Of a stretch of DNA of 64,000 bases, positions 51,731 to 64,000 are shown one piece after another. Under the pieces are notes generated by a model that was not told where the DNA came from, did no database searches, and worked only from the letters and a program-made list of their open reading frames with translations. The position numbers and the translations under genes were made by a program. The first letter of the stretch is position 1. Every line of letters begins with the position of its first letter. Source of the DNA: Camelus ferus (taxonomy: Eukaryota); NCBI RefSeq assembly GCF_009834535.1, contig NC_045697.1:4032001-4096000 (forward strand), in the 5' to 3' direction.

Positions 51731-52829
51731 CAAAGGAAACCATAAGCAAAACAAAGCGACAACCTATGGAATGGAGAAAATATTTGCAAAAGATAAGACT
51801 GACAAGGGCTTGATTTCCAGAATATATAAACAGCTCATACAACTTAATGAGAAAAAAAAAATAACCCAATCCAAAAATGGGCAGAAGACCTAAACAAGCA
51901 ATTCTCCAGTGAAGACATATGAATGGCAAACAGGCACATGAGAAAATGCTCAGTATCACTAATTATCAGAGAAATGCTAATCAAAACTGCAACGAGGTAT
52001 CACTTCACACCAGTCAGAATGGCCCTCATTCAAGCTGACAAATGATAAATGCTGGAGAGGCTGTGGAGAAAAGGGAACCCTCCTACACTGCTGGTGGGAA
52101 TGCAGTTTGGTGCACCACTGAGGAAAACAGTATGGAGATTCTTCAAAAGACTAAAAATAGACTTACCATATGATCCAGCAATCCCACTCCTGGGCATATA
52201 TCCAGAGGGAGCCTTAATTCAAAAAGACACCTGCACTCCAGTGTTCATAGCAGCACTATTTACAATAGCAAAGACATAGAAACAACCTAACTGTCCATCG
52301 ACAGATGACTGGATAAAGGAGTTGTGGTATATTTATGCAATGGAATCCCACTCAGCCATAAAAAATAATAAAATAATGCCATTTGCAGCAACATGGGTGG
52401 GCCTGAAGAATGTCATTCTAAGTGAAGTAATCCAGAAAGAGAAAGAAAAATACCATATGATATCACTCATATGTGGAATCTAAAAAAAAAAAAAAAAAAA
52501 GACAAATGAACTTATATATAAAACAGATACAGATTCACAGACATAGAAAACAAACGTATGGTTACCAGAGGGGAAGAGGGTGGGAAGGGATAAATTGGGA
52601 GTTCAAGATTTGCAGATACTGACTGGTATATATAAAATAGATAAACAAGTTTATACTATATAGCACAGGGAACTATATTCGATAACTTGTAGTAGCTTAT
52701 GGTGAAAAAGAATATGAAAATGAATATATGTATATTCATGTATGACTGAAGCATTGTGCTGTACACCAGAAACTGACACAACATTGTAAACTGACAATAC
52801 TTCAATCAAAAAAAAAAAAAAGAAAAGAA
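51731..52829 (+). mobile_element. Young 5'-truncated LINE-1 (ORF2 C-terminus plus 3' UTR plus poly-A) inserted in an MLT1 LTR (about 51649-51730 and 52830-53192)
   Basis: [26 protein letters not shown]...[11 protein letters not shown]; 16-bp TSD aaaataggt(t/c)tttgca at 51715-51730 and 52830-52845. Confidence 0.9.
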
Positions 52830-53204
52830 AAAATAGGTCTTTGCAGATGTAATTAGTTAAGCTGAGATCATACTGGATTAGGGTGGGCCCTAGATCCATG
52901 GTGGGTGTCCTTATGTGAAGGCCACGCAAAGACACAGAGACACGAGGAAGATGGCCATGCAACAACAGAGGCAGAGATTGGACTGATGCAGCTACAAGTC
53001 AGAGATTGCCGACAAGCACCAGAAGCTGGAAGAGGCAAGAAAAGATTCTCTCCTAGAGACTTCAGGGGGACCACGGCCCTGCCAACACCTTTATTTCTGA
53101 CTCTATCTTGCAAAACTGTCAGAGAATTGATTTCTGTTGTTTTAAGCCACCCAGTGTGTGGCAATTAAGGTATCCACAGGAAAATAATACAGCATTAAAA
53201 TTTT

Positions 53205-54316
53205 TTTGAATAAACAAATGGGACTGAATAAAACTTAAAAGCTTTTGCACAGCAAAGGAAACCATAAGCAAAATGAAAAGACAACCTATAGACTGGGGGA
53301 AATATTTGCAAACAGTGCAGCTGACTGCAGATTAATTTCCAGCATATACACGCAGCTCATACAACTCAATATCAAAAAAACCAAACAACCCAATCAGAAA
53401 ATAGGCAGAAGACCTAAACAGACATTTCTCCAAAGAAGACAGATAGCCAACAGGCACATGAAAAGATGCTCAATACCACATCAATTGTTAGAGAAATGCA
53501 AATCAAAACTACAATGAGGTATCATCTCACACTGCTTAGAATGGCCATCATCAAAAAGTTTACAAATTATAAATACTAGAGAGGGTGTGGAGAAGAGGAA
53601 ATCCTCCTACACTGTTGGTGGGAATATAGATTGGTGCAGCCACTATGGAAAACAGTATGGAGATTCCTTAAAAAACTAAAAATAGACTTACTGTATGATC
53701 CAGCAATCCCACTCCTGGGCATGTATCTGGAGGAAATTCAAACCTTGACAAGATACATGCACCCCAATGTTCATGGCAGCACTATTTACAATAGCCAAGA
53801 CATGGAAGCAACCTAAGTGTCCATCAACAGATGACTGGATAAAGATGATGTGGTGTATGTATACAATGTAATATTACTCAGCCATTAAAGGAATGAAATA
53901 ATGTTATTTGCAGCAACATGGATGGACCTAAAGATGATTATACTAAATGGAGTAAGTCAGCCAGAGAAAGACAAATATTGTATGATATCACTTACATGTG
54001 GAATCTAAAAAACAATACAAGTGAATTTATTTACAAAACAGAAATAGACTCACAGACATAGAAAACCAACTTATGGTTACCAAGTAGGAAAGCGACAGGA
54101 GGGATAAATTAGGAGTTTGGGATTAACAGATAAATACCACCATTTATAAAATAGATAAGCCACAAGGATTTATTGTGTAGCACAGGGAACTATACTTAAT
54201 ATCTTGTAATAACCTATGATGGAAAAGAATCTGGAAAAAATACATAACGGAATCACTCTGCTGTGCACCTGAAAGTAACGCAGTATTATAAATCAACTAT
54301 ACTTCAATTAAAAAAA
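53205..54316 (+). mobile_element. 5'-truncated LINE-1 (ORF2 C-terminus plus 3' UTR)
   Basis: [29 protein letters not shown]; ends aaatcaactatacttcaattaaaaaaa. Confidence 0.88.
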
Positions 54317-57300
54317 TTTTAAAATGTTGGGGTCCTATTACAAATGATGCCTTTTAGAAAATATATTTCCTCTTTGTTTCTGGTGAACAGAAACACTACT
54401 TTTATGTCCTGATTTTGTTTCTAGAAAACTTGCTGAACTCTACTACCAACACTGATGATTTATCTTTAGATTCTTTCAAGTCTGTGACGTTTCAAAAATA
54501 TTTCATTGAAATATAATGATAATAGCTGTGGTGGTTTTAAAAATATGCCCACAAATTCTTTGCTATATCCTTTGTCAAGAACTGGAATTGATTCCCTTTC
54601 CTCGGAGTGTGGGCTGGACTTGCTGCTACACACAAAGAGCACAGCAGAAGCGATGGAACATCTCGCTCCTAATACTGAGTTGTCAAAAGACTGCCGCTGT
54701 CAGCTGTGCTGTCTCTCTTGGATCACTCCCTCTCTGGAAAACCAGTTGCTACGTCTTGAGCTTCCCCACAGAGAGGTCCATATGGCAAGGAGTCAGTATA
54801 AAATAACTGTATACAACTTCCATTTGGAAAAGGGAAGAATGGGAGGCACACCGCACCTCTAGCCTGCAGGAGCCATGAGAGGCCACAGGCAGGAGCGCAC
54901 CGCCCCAGCCTAGTCCATTAGCACCTCCCGATTTTTGCTCTCCAAGAGGAACTACTCAGGGAGACTCTTCCTTGTCTCTTATCTTTCCAGGCCATGTATG
55001 AAATATGCCTTGGGAAATGCATCCTTTTGGGGGCAACGTGGCTTTGGAAGCCTGCTTCCTGTGCTGCAAACGCCAGGCTTAGGAGTCCCTACAGAGGCTG
55101 AACAACCGCAGGATTAAGCACGCCTGGCTTGGAATTTCCTTGGCAACACAATTTCTTCAGCACCCTGGGATGCTTCCTCTCTGTTTACCTTCAGTCACTT
55201 CCGACGTGCAGGTATCACAGGCAAAAATCTCACGAAGACTCTAGTTAAGTGGCCGCTGCGCCCTGTCCTTCCTCTCCTCTTTCAGCTCAGTGCTGTCCAT
55301 GTGAACAAGTGGCTTTGACAGGAAGTTAACAGTTGTAACCTGGTCTTAGCTGCTTGGCTGCTGTTCACTGTCTGGGAAGAACCTTTAGAGGAGATGACTG
55401 AAAAAGATCTTGGGGCTTCAGTCTTGTCTCATCTCGAAGACAGCTTCTTCTGGAACCATTTCCTATAACTGTTTTAGTTTGGGATGCAGAAACCCTTGCC
55501 ATTTTCCACCCCAGATGACCAGCAGTGGTGGCCTCTTAGAGCTCCTTCAAAGAAGATACTCAGGAAGCATCGCTGAGTGACAGTCCTTCAGTTGCCCACT
55601 TCGTTGGCTCTACCATAGTGGTCACACCAAGGCCATGCTCACGCCCCTAGGAGAGACCAAGTTCAGGACTAAACTTGCATTGCCTGTCACCTGTGTGTCC
55701 CATTGATGAACTGGTCTAAGTCGGCCTGGGGTGCTAGTCTTACGACGAGTTTCCCGTACTGCTCTCCACTCCTCAAGCTCTCTCCTGGACCTGTAGGAAC
55801 TGGTGAGCCATTGCCAGCATGGGCCTGGCTTCCGGCTCTCCACCACAACCTTACCTCTTGCTGGGTGGCCCCCGGGGAATGGTGCTGACTTTGTACTCTG
55901 GCCTGTGAAGGGAAAGCTGCTCATTTCTCTGTGTTCCTCGAATGTGGTCAGGAGTTGGGGCCAGCCCTCTCCTCTGGCCATGGTTACACCACTCCGTCCT
56001 GCCGCTTGTCTAAAGTGACACTCCTTTGGAGCGCTTGCTGCTCCTCTGACAGTCCTCTCCCCCTGCACCCTGCTCACCTTTGTCACCCTCCAACCCCCCT
56101 CCCCAGCCCCACTGGATTCCCCCACATTCATAGCAGGCTTTTGCCCTGGCTTCTGGCCTTCCTCTCCACCTCAGGTCCTGCCTGGGTGGGTTCCACGCTC
56201 ACACGACCACCATTCGAAACCTGGGCCCCCAGGTCCTTGGCCTCTTCATATCCAATGAGCAACTCCCTGCCAATTGGCTTCTCATTCCCAAGGGTGCCTC
56301 AGGACTTGTTATTGCCCAAACCTGCCCCAAGCCCACTCAGCCCTTCTCTCTGACCACATTCCCACCCTTCCAGGTGACACTTTCACTATAGTTGCTACAC
56401 CTTTTTTTAAACCTCAGTGTGCCCTCAGCTCATTTGAACAGCCTTCTCCCATTGTTCCCGGCTCTTCATATCCCCACCCATCCATTTACAGTGTATGGTC
56501 AGGGCTGCAATAACGCCCTCGTCTAAACCCCAAACTCCTACTCCTCTTTTGTTGCTGCCTTTCCCCCTTCACTCTTCTCTGTCAAAGATGCAGACCTTGA
56601 TCATTTGAGTTTTGTGAGGAACCATCACCAATGAAGCTGCAGGAGAGCCCAGGGCTCGGGGGAGTCTAGTCTCAGCTGTTATAGGTGGTAAAGAAACGTT
56701 CTTTGAAGAAGCAAAGAATATGGATGAATTTGGGAAAAACAGAATGGAGGATTTTGTGAATCATGGTTTGAAGGAAGGAGCACAGGGATAAAGGAAGATA
56801 GGAACTACAGAACATTATGGGGATCAGAGAAAGGGAAAACAGAATTGACCAGGGGAGGGTCTTACTTTGGGCAGCAACTGGACTGATTTATCTGGCCACA
56901 AGTTTAAGCAGCTAACAAACCCCCAGTTATCTTCGGAAGATGGTGGAAATTCAAGCCACTTCCTGTTTATTTGCTGCCTGGAAGGGGGAGGATGGCCAGG
57001 GCCAGGGACTTGAATTTGGGCTTTCTTTTGCCTTGGTGCTGTTAGAGGGCAGAGGAGAGCAAACAGCTACAAATGAATGGAATGTGACCTTGACTGCTGC
57101 CAGTCCTACTCTAGTGTCCACTAGAATTAAATTTGCTTTCTTCCCAGGGGTCATCTCAGCTGATGAAACCAGATGCCGAAGACTCTGCGGTGCTCTGTGA
57201 TCTCCCCAGCCTGATACTGACCTCGTGGGCCCAGCAGATTTTGAAGATTCTGCATACTTTGCCTCCAATTATCATCAGAGTTTGTTACATAATACCTTAT

Positions 57301-58589
57301 CTCCTCCTGAATGCCTTTCCAGACCTCCATGTTCCCACAGCCCCCATGCTTCTTTCTGTAATAGCACTTTGATATAAAAGGATACTTCTCACATCTGAGC
57401 AAAGATAGGTCCCAGCTTCAGGTGCCTCTGCTGTGTCAGGAACCCGTCCAAGAACCCCAACACGTCTTTCTACACAGCTGTCCATGACCTAACATCTGAA
57501 CAGCCAGGAAAATGGACAGAGAGCCTGAGGCTCATGAGGGACATATAGATTGATGATAAAATGTTCTGGCAACCCTAGCCAGACTGAATTTGGTATTTTA
57601 CAGCCCTGTAAGATTGCCTCTCAGCATGGCTCCTTATCATTCTTTGCTTAGAAAATGCAAGACTCAACTGCTTCTCCAATTGCTAGCAAGCCAGGACAGA
57701 CTTCAGGTGCTGGGAAATTGGAAATCGATGGCTGCATTTCAGTTGTTATTGAAATCACAAGGAAGAGGAATTGAAGTTAGTGAAAATAATTTAGGACAAC
57801 AGTTCTCAAACTTTTGGGTGTGTAAGAAAGCACTTCTGACCACTTAATTTATAGTGCAATGAACAATATGCAGCCATTAAAGAGAATGCAGATCCAGATG
57901 TTTAGACAGGGCTAACTTTCAAACTATAGTTTTAGGTGGAAAAATATCAAAGGACATTCACAGGTTAAGTGTGTTTCTACTTTAAGGTTAGAGTTATATA
58001 TGTTCAAACACACATCCGATTAGGAAGGCTACACAAGACACTGGTAGATGGCTGGTCTTCCTGAAGGGGACCTGGGAAGCTAGGGAGAAGGGAGGATCAA
58101 TTTCTTTTGAATTTTGTGCCATTTGTTTTATTTACCTCTTTCAAAAATAAACCAGTAAATGCAATGTGGTATCCGGAAACAGAAAAGTCATTGTGAAGAA
58201 AGGCAGTGAAGTAAGAATAGAGCACAGTCTAGTCAATAGTTCTGTACCAGCATTCACGCCGTTGTTACAGCGAATGCACCCAACGTCGCTTTCTTTGTTG
58301 TTCTCTCCCGCTTCCCTACTCCTCACCCTGCTACCAGAACGCGGGCATTTCCTCATACTGTTCCCTGTGTGAGGGATGTCCCTCATCTCTCCTTGTCCTT
58401 GGAAGCTGGATCCATCCTTCAAGGCCAAGTTCACCAGTTACTTGCTCTGAAATGCTCTCCTTGCCTCCCCCTCTCAGTGCTCTAAGGCATGGTACCTAGC
58501 TTGTGACGCATGGTTTTCTATTGTTTCACTTACTTTCAGCTGGATTCCCCAGAAAGCAGACTCTTAAGGTGAAAGTTAGAGTGCAGGTA

Positions 58590-58712
58590 AATTCTATGGG
58601 ATGCAGAGCCTGTGGAAACGGAGGGCTGACTGTACCATGCCATCTTATATAAAGAACCGGGGCATCCCTGGATTTTGGTATCTATGGCAAGGCGGGGTCC
58701 TGAGGGACAACT
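58590..58712. mobile_element. TcMar-Tigger fragment (MER2-like)
   Basis: gatgcagagcctgtggaaacggagggctgactgtac...ggattttggtatc...ggggtcctga. Confidence 0.6.
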
Positions 58713-58854
58713 CCATGGTGGTTCCTCAGCCAGTTTCCACAGCAGCAGGCAGAGATAAACCATCCCCATGATTCAAGGCTGACTGAGAGCATCAAAAAAC
58801 GTAAGAAATTCATCTCCCAGTTGGCAATGATACTCAAGAAAAAAATTTCATTCC

Positions 58855-58984
58855 TTTTTTTGGGGGGGTGGGTGAATTAGGCTTATTTAATTTTTTTTTA
58901 AAAATAGAGGTACTGGGGATTGAACCCAGGACCTCGTCCACACAAAGCACACACTCTACCTTGAGCTATACCCTCCCATCCCCA
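58855..58984 (-). mobile_element. tRNA-derived SINE, Vic-1-like
   Basis: Reverse complement of GGGAGGGTATAGCTCAAGGTAGAG...GGTCCTGGGTTCAATCCCCAGTACCTC; tgaaattt flanking repeats. Confidence 0.85.
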
Positions 58985-59053
58985 AATTTCACTTAGGCAA
59001 TTTCTTAGTCAATAACTTTTTACATCTTTTGTCTTTTCAAGCAAATGAATACT

Positions 59054-59059
59054 TTTATT
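59054..59059 (-). terminator. Candidate AATAAA polyadenylation signal of MRFAP1
   Basis: tttatt on + strand about 960 nt into the predicted last exon; context homologous to the paralog 3' ends. Confidence 0.6.
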
Positions 59060-60023
59060 AACATGGTAAAATTTTTTTTAAACACATGGTAGGGTTTTGA
59101 CCTCAAATACTTGTCAGGTCTGCTACTGATATGAACTTATAGCTATACAACTTATGAATCTTGAAGATAACCTAGTCCCTGTCCAGTTTAGGGTCCAAAA
59201 CAGACAGCCCTCACTTTACTTCCTTAGACCCTCAAGGGCCTTTGCAAACATCGCTTTCATGTTATGCACAGAATCCCCTGAAATGCATCAGGGCATTACA
59301 TCAATTATACAGAATACCAAGACCTATCTCATCTCTTATTATAGGTTCCATAAAGCTGAGTTAGGTTGTCCAAACAAAACTGACCAGACAGGTTACATCA
59401 GACAGTGTGGTGCATAAGACTTGAATTTTGAACAAAATACACCTCTCCTCCTTTGGTCTCACACAGAAATTAAAGTTCCAGGACAATACCATCCTCCATC
59501 CCTTCTTCTGATCCGCCAGTCTGAGCCACATCAGCCCCATTCACGTTCCCAGTTGAAGTCTGGTCACTTCTTCAGCAAGTGCTGCATGGAGTCGTCTTCT
59601 AGAAATAATGCAGCTCCTTCAGCACCTCCAGAGCTGGAGAACTCCAACTCTGAGTCTCGTCTTTCATACACAGATCCAAAGTCCCAGGGAGCAACCAGGT
59701 CACACGAGAAAGAGCAAAGCACCTCAAAAATTTAAAAACAACGAAAGCCAAGGAACAAATGTGACTGCTGCAAAAGCTTACAATCTAGGCCCCAATTCTT
59801 GCACGTGAGAGCATTTTCCAAATAAAAGTTACCTCCCCAAACAAAAACATTTAACAGTCAAAACTCATATTGAGGTCATTAACCGCAGACCAAAGCAGAA
59901 ACGTAGTGTAAGTGAGGACAGAGTGCACACAGAGAAAAAAGGAAACTAAAGGCTCTCTGGTTTCAGCTTCTCCAGGTTGTCAGCCAATCTCCGCCAGGTG
60001 ACCAGAATCCATTGGCTGTAAAC

Positions 60024-60532
60024 CTAAAGTGCAGTTGGGAGAAACTCATCATTAAGATGTTACTCCTAAGGGAAAAACCAACCCCACCCCCTCACACATT
60101 CAGCTACGCAGGACACCACCTCTTCTGGATGCCACCTGACTCCTTCTAGTTTTTCAGAGAAATCTGGAATCATCCAATTATTCTGTATTTCTTAACCCCT
60201 CCCCCCGCCCCGCTCCTTGCTCAATGGCTTAGATTGTGACTTTGTTCTCTTGGCGACTTTTGTCTATTACCCTTTAATTACGCTTACTAACCGCTACCTT
60301 AGGTTTCAACCAAATACGTACTAAGTCAAAATACACCAATTTTCCCCCTAACAGACTTAAAAAGATAAACAGCATCTACTGTCACCTCCTAAGGTAAAAA
60401 TTGAGCATAATGTATTATCTTCTCCCAACTTCCACCCCCCGTGGACCACTACTAAATAAAAGTCCCCGAAGCTTAACCAAGTGTGAGGCAACTACTGGGC
60501 CCTCCGCCCGGTTCCCGCCGGTCCCGCCTTAC
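60024..60532 (-). other. MRFAP1 3' UTR intron (predicted)
   Basis: Donor gcg|GTAAGG 12 nt after the TGA; acceptor tttctcccaactgcactttAG|gtttacagccaatgg. Homologous donor and acceptor contexts are present in both paralogs. Confidence 0.75.
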
Positions 60533-60544
60533 CGCCGACCCTCC

Positions 60545-61086
<542 letters not shown>

Positions 61087-61400
61087 GAGCTGAGAAGCGG
61101 AGGACAAAATGGAGTCCCAGCCGTCAACCAGCGCCCTGAGTGTTGCGGCCCCTTTCACGACACGGCCCTGCCTCTTTACGGTCACGCCGCTGGTAGAATT
61201 AGGTGAGGGCGCGCGCACGTCAATGGAGGGCGACGCAATCCGCTTTACGGCGGCCGCGCGCGCACGCGCACGCGCGCTCTCTCATTTCCCCGCTCCGTAC
61301 CCCGTGCTGCGCCTGTCCGCTGCCCCGCACACGCGCACGCGCTCTCCTTCGTTCCCCGCCCCCTCCCCCAGTGCTGCCCTCGTCCGCTGCCGTGGCTTTG
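61087..61400 (-). promoter_or_regulatory. MRFAP1 CpG-island promoter/first exon
   Basis: CpG-rich; GCGCGCGCACGCGCACGCGCGC run (NRF1-like) near 61256-61277, GC box near 61354, YY1-like CAAAATGG near 61105. Confidence 0.7.
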
Positions 61401-62189
61401 GAGATAATCCTTCCTGGTGCTGCGACCCCTCCTAGGTTTATCCAGCATGGAATTTACGTCTTATAAAAAAGTAAACATTCTCCGCCTACGCTAAACGCGG
61501 AAGATCCTACGTGATAATATACTCAGAGTCCGTGACATCCCGGTCTAACGCTAATAGCCCCACCCAATTTGGTACCGCGACTGGACCCCTCCCAAACGTC
61601 TAACTGGCTAATTTTCATTCTTTTTTAGATTACAGTCAGAAGTGTCTGTCTTTTCACCAGACTGACCCTCCCCCCACCCCCTGGTAAAAGTCCTGCTCTG
61701 ATTTATCCTGAGGCTCCGCTGGATAGTCTTAACGCTTTTTACCGGGTTGAAGGCTCCTTGAGGGTCTCGTTCATCTCTGTTTCTAAAGCATCGAGCAGAA
61801 CTTGGCATGTATTAGTAAATTTGCTTTGACATGCACTTAATACAAAAAGGAAAGGTAAGGTAATTTCGTAGCCTGTTGACACAGTTACAAAAAGCAATAA
61901 AAATTTCAAGAATCCAGTTTGCACGAGTGCCATAGGTTTAGCTTCTGTTTTCCAGTCAGTTAAGTGGACTTAATCCCTAGTATTGAATAAGGCAGAGTTA
62001 AGAGTGAAGAGAGACAATGATCATGCAGATGATTTGTAAACACCAGGCACAGACGTATGTAAAGTGCTTATCTTTTGTTTGGACTTTCACGCTTCTGTAT
62101 ATTTGGTTGTTCTTGTAAAAATCCCAATTGTGGGGCCTTCTTGGTATATCAGAGGCAGCTAGCTCATAAATTCCTTGTATGAATAAAAA

Positions 62190-63960
62190 GAAATGGATCA
62201 AATAATGAGATGCCACTACTACACAATTGTTAAAATGGCTAAAATTCAGAACACCGACAACACCAGAGCTGGTGAGGATGTGGAGCAACGGGAACTCTAA
62301 TTTGTTGCTGATGGGAATGCAAAACAGTGTAGTCGCTTTGGAACATAGTGTGGCAGTTTCTCACAAAACTAAACATGCTGTTACTATACCATACAGCAAT
62401 GGGCGCTCTGCTACTTACATAAATGTATTGGAAACTTATATCCACACGAAAACCTGCACATGGATGTTTACAGCAGCTTTATTCATACTTGCCAAAACTT
62501 GAAAGCAATCAAGATATCCTTCAAAAGGTGACTGGAAAAATAATGGGGGTATACCCTGGCAATGGAACATCACTCAGCAGTAAAAAGAAATGAGCTATCA
62601 AGCCACGGAAAGACATAGAGGAAACGCAAATGCGTACTACTAAGTGAAAGAAGCAATCTGAAATGGCTACGTACTGTATGATTCCAACTCTACAACATTC
62701 TGGAAAAGACAAAACTATGGAGACAGTGAAAAGACCATTAGTTGCCAAGGGTTGGAGGCTGGGAGTAATGAATAGATGGAGCACAGAGGACTTTTTAGGG
62801 CAGTGAAACTTACACTATTTGATACTCTAATGGTGGATACATGCCATTATGCATTTGTCCAAACCCATAGAATGTACAACATCAGGAGTAAACGCTAATG
62901 TAAACTATGGACTTTGGATGATGATGATGTTATAATGCAGGTTCGTTGACTGTAACAAAAGCTCCACTCTAGTGGGGCATGTACATAGTGGGGGAGACTC
63001 TGCATGTGTGGGGCAGCGGGTATATGAGAACTTTCCGTACTTCCTGCTCAATTTTGCTGTGAACCTAAAATTGCTCTAAAAAAAATAAAGTCTATTTGAA
63101 AGGGGAGAAAAAAAGTAAATGACTCTTACCAGGTGGATGAATTGAAAAACACTGTCTGTTTTCTACGATGAGATTAGACTGAGCGCCTCTCAGCCAGGTG
63201 CTTCTGTGCGGGGCCTGATCTCAGGCATTTCTTTGTTTTCTCTTTTATTAATTTCTGTTATTACTTATCTCCTTCCTTGTGCTTTCTTTGGTTGATTCTA
63301 TGTTCCTTTTTTAACTTCTTAGGTTATTCTCCTGACTTATACTCTTCTTCTTCTTCTTTTTAATATAAGCATTTAAGTTCTTAAATTCCCATCAACAAGA
63401 AAACTCAGGGTAAATATTTTTGGTAAAACTTTGGTTTCAGTTACATACATATAATATATATGTGTGTGTGTATTGGATTGTGATGTAAAGTGTGTTTTTT
63501 AGGTCAAAAAAGTTTGCAAGCCACTGTAGTTAAGTTACACTGGCAAATAAAAGCAAAAATTAACCTCAAAAAAAAAATTCCCATCAGGAATGGCTTTAGC
63601 TGCATCCCACTTTTGATATTTGTTTTCAGTATTATTTGATTCTAAGCATATTCTTATTTCCACTATGGTTTTTTTGATCCATAAATTATTAGAATTATAT
63701 TTTAAGAATTCCAACCACATGAGGGCTGTGATGCTCTGCTTTTACTGATTGTTAACTTAGTTGCATTCTACTAACAAATAGAGTTCTATTTGATACTAAT
63801 TCTTTGAAATTTGTTAAGACTTGCTTTATGGCCTGGTCAGTTTTAGTGAATTTTGCATGTGTGCTTGAAAAGACAAGCATTACCCAGTTGTTGCCAGCAG
63901 GGTTATCTACATGTCCACCAACTCCTGTCTCTGCCACTGCAGTAGCTTCCTGGTTTTGCC
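62190..63960. mobile_element. Old LINE-1 fragments (plus-strand 3' end 62190-63115; minus-strand ORF2 pieces 63215-63910) with a hAT-Charlie-like fragment (about 63396-63527)
   Basis: TKTCTWMFTAALFILAKT; aaacgctaatgtaaactatggactttgg; ggctttagctgcatcccac; ggtcaaaaaagtttgcaagccactg. Confidence 0.7.
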
Positions 63961-64000
63961 CTTGTTTGCCCACAGTCTAATCTCTACACAGCTTCCGTAG

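Noticed and set aside
55622..56353. 169-aa and 140-aa ORFs between MRFAP1L2 and MRFAP1
   Set aside because: Non-ATG starts or no recognisable homology; I cannot support a gene call. A lncRNA is not excluded.

Overview
Mammalian genomic DNA, very probably a camelid (seven copies of a tRNA-derived SINE matching the camelid Vic-1 type, plus cetartiodactyl-type L1 3' ends). Gene order matches human 4p16.1 read in reverse: BLOC1S4 (-) / MRFAP1L1 (+) / S100P (-) / MRFAP1L2 (LOC93622, 'UPP') (-) / MRFAP1 (-). Only BLOC1S4 (23960-24607) and MRFAP1 (60545-60928) have intact ORFs. The MRFAP1L1 copy carries a +1 insertion, a -1 deletion and a lost stop, yet its core is identical to the inverted MRFAP1 copy 30 kb away (recent gene conversion or an assembly artefact). 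An S100P exon-2 remnant that the ORF track misses has a dead EF-hand and a premature stop, and I found no exon 1. The MRFAP1L2 copy has lost its ATG, frame and stop but keeps its CpG island and splice architecture. The remainder is mostly L1, MaLR/ERV LTRs, MIR, DNA transposons and microsatellites. I found no convincing new multi-gene system; the most interesting signals are paralog homogenisation, gene decay and conserved non-coding motifs. Repeat boundaries and family names are by eye and approximate. Comparisons with human sequences are from recall, not from a database search.
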